Positions 26,905 through 37,344 of a DNA stretch of 64,000 nucleotides are shown one piece after another. The notes below the pieces were generated by a model. That model did not search any database, had not been told where the DNA came from, and saw nothing but the letters and a program-made list of their open reading frames with translations. Origin of the DNA: Selaginella moellendorffii (Eukaryota > Plantae > Lycopodiophyta); NCBI RefSeq assembly GCF_000143415.4, contig NW_003314263.1, positions 223,114 through 287,113 of the forward strand, given 5' to 3'. Each line of letters begins with the position of its first letter. Positions within the stretch are counted from its first letter, which is position 1. Both the position numbers and the translations under genes were made by a program.

Positions 26905-29877
26905 TCAATCCAGTGACAAAGAGTCCATTTTGGTAGTCATCCTTCTTAACAGCTCGGCTGCCTCTTCTCCCCTTCCCTGTCCTCGCAAAGCCAAGTAGAG
27001 CTTCCTACACTTGAGATCATCGATCTCGCAATCGCTGGAAGCCATCTCCTCGAGCACCTGGAGCGCTTCTTTCCCGCGGCCTTGGCCGCACAGGCCATAG
27101 ATGAGCACAGTGTACGAGACCGAGCTAGCCACGATCCCGCGCACTGCCATCTCGTCAAACAGCTCCCATGCCTTGTCCACTTTGTCGAGCTTGCACAGGC
27201 AAGTTATCACCATGTTGTACGTGATGACGCTCGGAGAGCAGCCCCGCTGGACCATTAGCTCCAGTAACGTCAAAGCTTCGTCCAGCCTCTTGGTCTTGGT
27301 GAAAGCGTCGATCAGGAGGTTGAAAGTGTGCGACGTGATGCACAGTCCTTTCACTGCCACCATCTCCCTGGCCAGCTTGCTGGCTCTGTCCAGCTGCTCG
27401 GCCTTGCACAGGCCGATTATCACCGTCGTGTAGCTTACTTCGTCTCTGAGCGTGTCCATCTCTGACAGCAGCGACGAGGCCTCGTCCAGCCTTCCTTCCT
27501 TGCAGAGCCTGTCGATAAAGATATTGTAAGTCACTGTGTTGGCTTCCACCCCGTGGCCAGTCATGTGGTCCATGAGAAGCAGCGCTTGCTTGAGACAACC
27601 CTCCTTGCAAAGCCTGTCGATGATAGTGTTGTAAGTTGTGCAGGCACTCACGACGCAGCCGTTTCTCAGCATCTCGTGCATCAGCTCGTACGCATCCCCC
27701 AGCCGGTTCGTCTGGCTGAGGCCACTGATCAGAGTGTTGTAAGTCACGTTGTCTGGATCCACCCCTGCCTTGATCATGTTTTTCAGGATACCCACGGCGT
27801 CGTCAAAGCGTTCTTCCTTGCAGAACTGGGCCATCAGAGTGTTGTACGTGACAGCGTCAGGTGGAATGCCCGCCTGGATCATCTGGTCCAAGACTTGACG
27901 AGCTTCTTTTGGCTTGCTCGCCTTGAACAGTCCGTCGATGATGATGTTGTACGAGACCACGTCCGGAACACACCCGGCCGAGTGCATGCTCTCGAGGAAG
28001 GGAAACGCCTCGTCAACTTTGCCATGCTTGCAGAGCCCGTCCATGACGATGTTGTAAGTCTTTATGTTCGGGACGCAGCCTCGGCAGGCCATATCTTCGA
28101 AAACGTTGGGGATCTCGTCCAGCCGGCCTTCTTTGCAGTAGCCATCCATCAAGGCATTGTACACATCAATATACGGCGTGCCTCGGATCCCATCCACGAC
28201 TTTCTGAGCTTCTTTCGTCCTGCTTGATTTGCAGTAGCCATTCACTAGGCTCACATAAGCCAGAGCATCTGCAGTGCAGTCCTTGCTCACCATCTCTTTG
28301 AAAATGTGATGAGCCTCGTCAACCCGGCCTGTCCTACACAAGCCTTCCATGAGAGCTGTGTAAGTGATGACGCTGGGTGTGCAACCCCGCTTTAGCATCC
28401 CTTCTACCATCTTCAGAGCTTTGTCCAGCCTGCCTTCCTTGCAAAGCCCATCCACAATGATTGTGTAAGTCACTACGTCCGGGACGAAACCCGAAGAGAC
28501 TAAAGTCTCCAGTAGCTCATAAGCCTTCTCCGTCTTGCTTGCCTTGCAAAGCCCGTCTATGAGAGTGTTGTAAGTCACTAGATTTGGAGTGCATCCATTT
28601 CCAGACATCTCCTTCACCAGCTCGAAGGCCTCGTCGATCCTTCCCCTCTTGCACAGCCCATCGGCGAGAATGGAGTAAGTGACCACGTCTGGAACGAATC
28701 CGCTGCTTACGAACTCATCCACCAGAGTTTTCGCCCTGTCAACGTTTTGCTGCTTGCACAGGCCGCTGATGAGTGTGTTGTAAGTGCAGCAACTTGGACG
28801 GCAGTTCCTCTCGGCCATCACAGCCAGCAAGCTGTGAGCACGCTCAAACTTTCCAGCCTTGCAGAGCCCGTCCATGATAGAGTTGAAAGTCACCGTATCG
28901 GGAGTGACTCCTCTGTCCACCATTTCATGGAGCATCTCCGACGCCTTGTCAGTCTTGGACGCTTTGCAAAGCCCGTCGATGAGAATGTTATACGTGAATA
29001 CGTCCGGTGCCACCTTCCTCTCGTTCATCTCTTTGAGAAACTCAAGAGCTCCATCGCAGTCATTCTTCCTGCAGTGCCCATGGATGATAGCGTTGTAAGC
29101 AATGGCGTCTGGCGATGGTATGTTCCGGAAGATCTCTAGAGCGTCCTTGAGCCGGCCAGTTTTGCAAAAAGCTCTGGTGAGTATCGTGTAAACCGAGACC
29201 TCTGGCTTGAATCCTCGAACTTTTGCCTTGTCTAGCATCGTGAAAGCCTTGTCAATTTGGTTCATCTGGCACAAGCTCTTGATGACGAGATGATACGTGT
29301 AGGAATCCGGGGCATAGCCAGCGTCCAGCATCCTCTCAAACATCGCTGGAATGCGATCGCTGGCGCCATTCTCGAGTAGAGTCTGGAGGAAGCAGTTCCT
29401 GGTAAATGTGCTGTGCTTGAATCCCCTATCCCCGGCCCACACGAAGAAGACGATGGCGGTCTGTGGATCCTTGAGCCGCTGCAATACCCTAGACACCACC
29501 GCGGGCTGGAGAGTCCCTCGCCATTGCTCGAGGCGCTCGCGGATATTACTGCCCGATTGGAGGAGCCCGAGGAGGTCGAGCACGTCCTGCTGCAAGCTCT
29601 CGGATCTAGCGAGCTTCCTCGCTGTCGACAAATGGAGCTGCCTGTGAGGAATGCCGCTCGACTTTCCATCCGTGCTTACCTGAATCGACGCTGGCGACGC
29701 TGGCGACGCCGCCGCCTCGGCGCATCGATTTCTTGCCGTAGAGAAGCTGGGAGAAACGTATTGGAGCAACGCGCACGCCATCGCTCCTTGCTTCTCATCC
29801 ACATCCTGACATTCCCGAAAGAACCTACCTATGACATGGCTGACATGGACAAAAATATCCTGCGTGGCACGTGACAT
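26905..29877 (-). CDS. P-class PPR protein (about 20 repeats, intronless)
   Basis: Tandem 35-aa repeats (VTYNTLIDGLCKA...). Likely start at Met 29877 or Met 29781; the upstream part of ORF 26905-30537 overlaps the WEB gene in another frame. Confidence 0.93.
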   Translation of the reverse strand: MSRATQDIFVHVSHVIGRFFRECQDVDEKQGAMACALLQYVSPSFSTARNRCAEAAASPASPASIQVSTDGKSSGIPHRQLHLSTARKLARSESLQQDVLDLLGLLQSGSNIRERLEQWRGTLQPAVVSRVLQRLKDPQTAIVFFVWAGDRGFKHSTFTRNCFLQTLLENGASDRIPAMFERMLDAGYAPDSYTYHLVIKSLCQMNQIDKAFTMLDKAKVRGFKPEVSVYTILTRAFCKTGRLKDALEIFRNIPSPDAIAYNAIIHGHCRKNDCDGALEFLKEMNERKVAPDVFTYNILIDGLCKASKTDKASEMLHEMVDRGVTPDTVTFNSIMDGLCKAGKFERAHSLLAVMAERNCRPSCCTYNTLISGLCKQQNVDRAKTLVDEFVSSGFVPDVVTYSILADGLCKRGRIDEAFELVKEMSGNGCTPNLVTYNTLIDGLCKASKTEKAYELLETLVSSGFVPDVVTYTIIVDGLCKEGRLDKALKMVEGMLKRGCTPSVITYTALMEGLCRTGRVDEAHHIFKEMVSKDCTADALAYVSLVNGYCKSSRTKEAQKVVDGIRGTPYIDVYNALMDGYCKEGRLDEIPNVFEDMACRGCVPNIKTYNIVMDGLCKHGKVDEAFPFLESMHSAGCVPDVVSYNIIIDGLFKASKPKEARQVLDQMIQAGIPPDAVTYNTLMAQFCKEERFDDAVGILKNMIKAGVDPDNVTYNTLISGLSQTNRLGDAYELMHEMLRNGCVVSACTTYNTIIDRLCKEGCLKQALLLMDHMTGHGVEANTVTYNIFIDRLCKEGRLDEASSLLSEMDTLRDEVSYTTVIIGLCKAEQLDRASKLAREMVAVKGLCITSHTFNLLIDAFTKTKRLDEALTLLELMVQRGCSPSVITYNMVITCLCKLDKVDKAWELFDEMAVRGIVASSVSYTVLIYGLCGQGRGKEALQVLEEMASSDCEIDDLKCRKLYLALRGQGRGEEAAELLRRMTTKMDSLSLD

Positions 29878-29917
29878 GGACAAAATCAAATTAGAATTTA
29901 AACGTTTGAATTCTAGG

Positions 29918-31686
29918 TCAAGTGTGCTTCTTTCGCGCGGTAAATATGGCCCCCAGTCGCGCGAGGAGCCTGAGCTTCTTCTTCTTGATTTCCGCGCTCT
30001 CCACCACGATTTGCTCCAGATTCTTCGATCTGCCCCCGCTAGCGTCGGGCAATTTGATCTGGAGCACCTGAGCGAGCGATTCCCCGGACGATCGCCGCCC
30101 CTCCTCGATCGTTGCCGACCGTGCAATCTCGCGAGAGCTCGACGAGAATCTCCTCCCATTCCCGTCATTCTTGGCCTCCGGATGAGCGATCGAGACGCTC
30201 GACGCCAAGATCGTCGCTGGAGAAGCATCGCCATTGCGCTGTGGAACCGGCGTCGCGGCGGTGAGATTGGCCACCATCGCCATCCTCCTGCGCTGCTCGT
30301 TCTCTGACCGCCATCGCCGGAGCTCGCCCTCCACCGCCGACTTGGCCGCCTCGGCAATGGCGGCCTTCTCGTTCGCCTGCTTGAGATCCACCCGCGTCTC
30401 CTCGATCTCCGCCCTCGCCGCCTCCAAGCTCCTCTTGAGCTCTTCCTCTCGCGCCCGTGCGCTCGCTTCCTCGGCGCTCGCCTCGCGCAATCTCCCAGCC
30501 GTCTCCTCCTCGAGCATCGATTCCTTCGATTCGGCACGATCGTCGTCCTGCCGGATCGACTTCATGGCGCGGGCCTCGGATTCCTTGGCCGCCAGCGCCT
30601 CCTGCGTAAGATCTTCCACACGCTTCTCGCTCGCCATGGTCGCGAGCTTGAGCTCCCAGGCCTCGTTCCTCATCCTCGCCACCTCCTCGCTCACTCCAGC
30701 CCTAACGACCTCCGCCTCGATGGCTTCAGCCGACACGAGCTCGTAGCCCTCCAGCATCCCCGCCGCGCTCGCCATCGCCTTGGATTCCAAGCTCGACACC
30801 GCCTCGATCTTGGCCTTGATCTTCTCGATCGCCACAGCCGGATTCTCTTCTTCTCCCTCTCCTCGATCTCTCTGGAGGGACTCGTGCTCCAACTTGGTGC
30901 TCTCCAGCTCCGTCTCCAGGTAGCGCGTCGTCGCCTGGAGTGTGATCTTCTCATCCTCCACCGCTTTGATTGCCGCCTCCACCCGGCTGATCTCCGCCGC
31001 CGCGTCCCCCACCTCCGCCATAGCTCTCAACTCGGAGCTCCTCAATCGATCCAGCTCCTCCTTCGCGATCCTCAGCTCCTCCGCGAGCTCTCCCACCTGT
31101 GACCTCAGCCTCTCCACCTCAGTGCTTAGATCTCCTGCCTTGGCCATGGAGCTCTTCTCGCGATCCCTGGCCGCTTCCAGCTCCATGCTCAGCGATTCAA
31201 TTGTCTTGCTGCTCTCGCCAACTTTATGATCTTCCAGATCTTGGATCCTCTCCCGCGAGGCTTCCAGATCTTGCGTCGTCCTCTCGTAGAGCTTCTGGAG
31301 ATCTTCTCGCTCCTCACTTCCCATGGATTCTGGGATTGACAATGCCATCTCCAGCTTCTTGCTAAGTTGCTCGTAGCTCTCCTTGAGCTTCGCGAGCTCT
31401 TGCTCCACCTCACGCTTATCCAATTCCATCTTATCCTTGGCCGCCATGGCTTCCACCAGCTGCTCCTTCAAAGCTCCAATGGGACTTTCATACGCACGCT
31501 TCTGCCATAGTTTTTTTTTTTTTTCCTCTCTCTTGTAAAAACAAAGCTCGAGTAAAAACATACCTCTGCCGAGTTTTTTACTCCAGGAAGATGGTCAAAC
31601 CGATGAATGGCCTCTTTCACATCGGTGTAAGGCTTGGAAGTATCGACTTCGCCTCGTTTCTGTGGGGAAGGGGTGGATTCCGCCAT
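29918..31686 (-). CDS. WEB family (WEB1/PMI2-like, DUF827) coiled-coil protein
   Basis: Exon 1 MAESTPSPQKRGEVDTSKPYTDVKEAIHRF carries the WEB N-terminal motif. Long coiled coil with AEAAKSAVEGELRRWR and a C-terminal SLAQVLQIK...KKKK motif. Confidence 0.88.
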
Positions 31687-31712
31687 AGCTGGATACACGA
31701 GAATTGAAACCG

Positions 31713-31715
<3 letters not shown>

Positions 31716-31742
<27 letters not shown>
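31716..31742. repeat. (AG)n microsatellite in the 5' leader/intron of the WEB gene
   Basis: Direct observation. Confidence 0.9.
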
Positions 31743-31748
<6 letters not shown>

Positions 31749-32199
31749 TCTTACCAGTTAATGGGTTTTTACATGCCCCTGTAGTAAGCACTGAAGCTAT
31801 TCGCTAAATCCCTGAGACCCTTGGCAACCATAGCCAGCGCTTAATCCTTAAAAGCCCAAGTCGAAAAAAAGGGTCCCTCGATTCGGCAAAGACTAACAAT
31901 AAAAAAAGGAGAAATTTTCGACCTAGCGCGAGAGGAAGAGAGATATGGAATGGGCCGAGAGAGAGTGTGGAAAACGCTACATGGAAGAACAAAGCGCTAT
32001 TATTTCTCTGGCGCCCAGAGACAATGGTGGATTTAGATTAGCGGGGGTTGCTTATTTTTAATAATCGTGTGGCCCAGGCCTGGATTTGAACCCCTGACGT
32101 TCCAACAGCGCAGCACAGGCTGTTCTATTTGCAACGAGACAATGTAATAGCTATAGACTACAGAAGAATAGAATAGAGCACAGCCAGCACGAATGAGAC

Positions 32200-33165
32200 C
32201 TGGAGGGGCGAATCTCATTTACATTCATTTGGATATGCTCTAACAATGTCCATCCTATCCATTTCGATATGATAGCCTATGATAGAATGTAGTATGCCTA
32301 CAAGAAAACAAGTTAGAACTGAAAAACCGTAGAAAAAACGCAAAAAAAATGGAAAAAATAACTTCTTTTTTTTTTTGTTTTCTTTTTTCGGCCCGTATCT
32401 GTCCGCAAAGCAAGACTCGTGCAGTGCAGTCATCAGAAGCCAAGCGCTGTTGGAGCTTCAAAGAAAAAGGAGACCAAGTTACTTGATTGGAGTCCCGGAA
32501 CGAAAGCTCCCCAGAGAAAGACGTAAAAACTCTAGAGAGATTTTTGGAGTACCTCGCGATGGCGGGATTCTAGTGCTGGGAAGAACTCTTGGAAAACGTC
32601 CTCACGTCCTCCAGCGAGGGCTCGGCGTTCGAGCTCCAGATCCATCGGCGGGGTCTGTGAGAGCAGCGGAGCGTCACAGGGCTTCGATGAAGTTGTCTGT
32701 GCTCGCCTTTTCATTTTCTCCTCGTTTGTAAGGAGAGTAAGAATTTTTCTTTGTTTGGAGACTACTTCGTGGATTCATTCTCTACAAAACTTAAACAAGA
32801 TAGAAGACTTACATGACTTGGACCTGTTGTGGATCCAAATCCAAGCTCCGCTGCATTCCCACTGCTAGCCGCCCCGCCCTGAGCGGGCTTAAGAAGCACC
32901 CATCGACGGTAGCCCCAGAATCTTGAGAACGCACTCTCGTACCCTAGATTCACACTAGGGTAGTACTTCACTTTATACAATCATATGTATCATAGAGCCG
33001 GAAGCCTTCGTCGGGTCCACGACCGTAAACAGATCATAGCAGTCCCTCCCTTACTCTCGACTGAGTTGAAACAAGAAGTGGCACAGCGATCTCTCATCGT
33101 CGCGTAGTCCAAACCGCTACTCCTGCGAAGAAATGAGAAACGCGGCAGACGAAAGGTTGGCCATC
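32200..33165 (-). pseudogene. Truncated or degenerate paralog of the gene at 34900-35800
   Basis: Strong nucleotide similarity to 34940-35750 (cgatgaagttgtctgtgctcgccttttcattt, ccccagaatctt, gcaagactcgtgcagtgcag), with deletions. Confidence 0.6.
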
Positions 33166-34899
33166 TTTTATGGAATGTTTTTTATCGATGTGCCATTTGT
33201 GTGGCTTCTCGTCCGGAAAGAAAAGCCGAGCAGAGAACAAAGAAAAGCGTGAAAGAAAGAACATTTGACGACTCCCAGCAGCTCGAGAACACAGACAAAT
33301 AATGATACATGTTTTTCATGTTTGTTAGCACCCATCTAGAGGCATTGGGAAACAAGAATCGATCTGGGCTCCAATACCAATGTTAGGATCCTATCCATGC
33401 ACACGTTCATGCAAAGGATGGTGGCATGAATGCCACAAATGGATTGTGATGCACAACCATGGACATGCATGCTTCGCCTTCAAGGGCTTAGAGAGCCAAA
33501 TTCCACGGCAGATCAGTTTTATACCACTTTGGAAAATCCTTGGCCACTTATGGACCCTTATTTGAAACTGACAGCACCAAGACAACACCCGCTCGAACTC
33601 AAGGACATTATCTACATCCTGTAAGCCATAAGTTTTCCTCACCGCTACTGCCTTGGCTTGGTTGTGACTTTGTGGTGGAAGTTACTATATATGTTATGTG
33701 CATCAATAAGTGGGCATCCAAAATGAAAAACTAAGTAAAAACATGCATGTATTGTAAACTTGTATAAATGAATGAATTATTACTCAGCTTGCCTATTTCA
33801 AACCAGTGCAATCCACACTTGGAGTGCTTAGGCGTAGAAGGCGAGCTAGGTCCCAAGCTTTAATTGCCATTGAAAGATGATACCAAAAACTCTTAGCAAG
33901 GGAAGGTCACATTCTCCTTATCACCATGAATGGCAACACTCCTCAAGCGCGTCTTTTGCACAAGCAGAAACACATTTGCATGACTTTCACAATGCGGTCA
34001 TAAACTTTTCGCCTTCCACTGAGTAAGGTTATATCCGATTGTAGTAAGCTCTTGCTTACGCAAGCTAAGGACGGTAGTTTCTTGACATTCTTGTACTGCC
34101 ACCTTTGCCCGATAAAGAGTTTGGATAGCTTCACGAGTCTAGAGCCTTCCATGACAACACAATCTCCATAATTTTCCAGCTCTTGCAAGCCATTGCACTT
34201 GAGCTGCAATTCATGGTATGGCGTTGCCAGCAACTTGTCCTTGGGATCAGTCTCGAATGCATATCGCTGGCCGTAAATTAACTTTGTGAGTGAGGAAGAC
34301 TCGATTACCACTGGCGATTTCAAACGGTTACCCTCAGCAAGGATGTCATATCATTCAATGTCACGCTTGAGAGTCTTGGAAACCCATTCAAAATCTCCCA
34401 GAAACCAGAAATTTCAAATGCTGATAAGCCCAAGTTAAAGATGCGTAATCAAACTCTAGATTTGTCATGTTTTGGCCAATCAATGCAATCCACTATTAGC
34501 TTCTGCAAGCCAATGTGTTTACTGGCTAAAGCACCATTTACTATCGTTTTTAGTTCATCACAACACTGCTTCCTAGGCACATAAGTGGGAGTCCAATCGC
34601 AATCCTTGAAATCCTTTCTCACGACTAGGGCAGGCCATTGAGGTCATGAAGGACAACAGCCTCAAGCTTGCTTAGAATAAGCACTGGCAACTTCTCCATC
34701 TCCCCAGAAAACCTAGGGCTTCGGATAAATTTTTTGAAGATGAACGAGGAACTCATGCCCAATCTCTTCACACATCAACAGGACGTGTCCATGTGTTCTG
34801 CCATTTTTTTGTGAGTAAGTAGACATCTCTCTCTCTTGTAAAAAGCCATGCTAAAGTACTCTCCTTACTCGCTTTCACTCGAAATGCTCTTAAGATCCT

Positions 34900-35800
34900 C
34901 CATTCGACGAATGGTCTGTTGATCAACATGAAAAAGAAAAGCGTTTTTTTTTCTCATGTTTGCCCGTGTCTGTCCCCAAAGCAAGACTCGTGCAGTGCAG
35001 CAGTGCTGGATCACGTCCTCGCTAAGCGAGGGCTCGGACTTCTCGCGTACTCGAGCTCCCCCTCTTCCAGATCCATCGGCCGAGCAGCCGGGGTCTGTGA
35101 GAGTAGCGGAGCGTCACAAGGCCGCGATGAAGTTGTCTGTGCTCGCCTTTTCATTTCCTCCTCGTTTGTAAGGATCTGCAATTAAGTTGAAGAAGAAACT
35201 TTGTAAGAAGACTTAGAACACTTGCCTGTTTTAAGAGCTGAACAAGACGGTGTTTCTCTGAAGTTAGTGTCTTAAGTTTCTCCTCGAGTTCTTCTTTGCG
35301 CTTGGCTCGCTCCTGGAGCACGGGATCGGCAGCGTACGTGGATCCGTTCTCTACGTTCTGGACAAACAAGAAAAAGTTTCATACGAGAGAGCAAAGATCC
35401 AAAGTAAAACAAGAACCTACATGACTAGTATCCTCCTTTGGTTGGACCTCTGGAGGAGCCTGCTGTTGTGGATCCAAATCCGAGCTATCCTGTTCTCCAA
35501 ATGCTTCCTTATCGTCGGCAACGCAAATTTGCTTGGCTGGAGCTTCCTCCTCGTCTGTGGCGTCGACCCTCTTCCTCTTCCTGGAGCTCTCATCGCTGCA
35601 TTCCTCATGCGCACTGCTAGCCACCGCCGCGGCCGCTGTTGTGGCTGCCAGCGCCTTGTCTCGGAGCTCCAGCGCCTTCTTGAAAGCCGGCAAGCTGATG
35701 GAGGGCTTGGGAAGCACCCATCGGCGCGGGAGCCCCAGAATCTTGTGAACCCCGGATTTGTAGAGACAGAGCTTCATCGTGCCCTAGAACACAACATATT
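34900..35800 (-). CDS. Uncharacterised plant coiled-coil protein (multi-exon; ends uncertain, may be partial)
   Basis: Exons encoding ...KALELRDKAL..., KRKEELEEKLKTLTSEKHRLVQLLKQ | ILTNEEEMKRR, with splice sites. Confidence 0.5.
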
Positions 35801-37044
35801 TAGGGCAGTGATTGATTTATAATATCCGCAAGAAAGACAAAACCTTGAGGAACATTTCAAGTCGTTGACAGACTCCAAGCAAGGCTGGCTGAGAGGAATT
35901 GATCCCAGAGCTAAATTCCATGACAGATCAATTCCAGCTGGATTGGCGCTCCAATATATAATTACCACTTTAAAATCCTTGGCCACTTATGGACTGAAAC
36001 TGGGCACGTAGTCTCTAAAACTGGTTGGGTGACCAAGATAACAACTAACATGCCCACTAGTCCCCCTTTCAATCCAAAAATGCTCATTAGCTTCATATAA
36101 CTCCTCTTATAGTGCACCATTGTCATCTCACTCTTTTATATATATATATATATATATATCTATATAGTGGGATGACAGTGAGGTCTAAGATATAGTTTTT
36201 TAGGAACTTTCCAGTAGTGTTTCTAAACTGAATTAAGGTTGGGATTAAAGGTTAATGGCTTTGGGTGGAAGTGATAATAAATTTAGGTGGTGCTAGAAAG
36301 GCCACCCAAGGAAGTGCTCAAAAATAACTCCTACTCTTAAAAAGGAAGTTAATTGTAATGCTCTCAATTTGTATAAAGTAGTATCCGATTTGAGTATTAT
36401 GTGCCTCATTAGTCCTCACTCTCTCCTAAAGGCTTGAACTTTTCCATTGGGAGTAGAAGGTCATTAAGCCACAATGTTTCCCTCTAGGGTCCCAAAACAA
36501 AATATGTATCTAAAGTTTAGGATTTATAAGGTTTTATTATCAAGTCTTCTTGTACCTAGGGAAGTTAAAAACTTAAATAGAACCAATACTTCCATTTTCA
36601 CAAATTTTATCAATTGGGAGTTTGCATTTTCTCTTGGCATTCTCTTTTAACTAACACAATGTCTAATTTATGTTAAAGTGGTGGATAGTTAATAAATTTC
36701 TTTTGGGTTCATTATATATAAGATTGAGTTGGTGAAGGTGATAATATTTGAAATTTGTTATATTATCTCTTTCAATGTTATCTCCTCCTAAAAAATTTTA
36801 TCATTGTTTATCTTCCAACTTATCTCATTGATCACATATGCTGTAAGGTTAGTATAAATTTGAGGCTACTTTTGAGTAAATATGATAATTTGGGATAAAG
36901 GCATATAAAACTCTTTTTAAGTGGTCAAAGATGTGGTTAAATGATTAAAGTATAATGGAAAACTTAGTTTATATATAAAGAAGACTTAAAGAATTGGGGA
37001 ATTGTCTCATGTCACATTTAATTCATTATTATTATTGAATTCAT

Positions 37045-37336
37045 TGAGGGATATATAGGGATAAAATAGCCACTAAAGACTATCTTATCAAGAAATTGCC
37101 CCTTTTTATAGTTGACTTAAGGAGAGAGAGATAAAATGTGCTATATGTGAGTAAATGACAAATTCCCATTAGTTTTTATTTAAAATAAAATATACCCTTA
37201 AGAAAAGTATATTTTTACCCTTAAAATTTATGTCTTTCATCTTGTTCCATAGATGAAGATATGTACCATGGGATTACAAAATCACATGGAATAACTAGCA
37301 TATATAATGGAAGGATTAGTAAATTCAATAGAATAA
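37045..37336 (+). mobile_element. Decayed partial copy of the TRIM family (LTR 3' part plus internal domain)
   Basis: Aligns to 12980-13330 (gggataaaatagccactaa, aattgccccttttt, accatgggatt, cacatggaata, gaaggatt). Confidence 0.75.
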
Positions 37337-37344
37337 CCTGTCTA

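Noticed and set aside
29878-30537. Arg-rich 220-aa N-terminal extension of the PPR ORF
   Set aside because: Shadow frame of the GC-rich Glu/Ala coiled-coil codons of the WEB gene; not PPR-like. Kept only as part of the short-spacing finding.
32069-32165. tRNA-like T-arm GGTTCAAATCC on the minus strand
   Set aside because: No convincing acceptor stem, D-arm or cloverleaf; at most a SINE or tRNA remnant.
36050-37040. AT-rich block possibly derived from a TE (also 7750-9350)
   Set aside because: Too decayed to assign to a family from the sequence alone.
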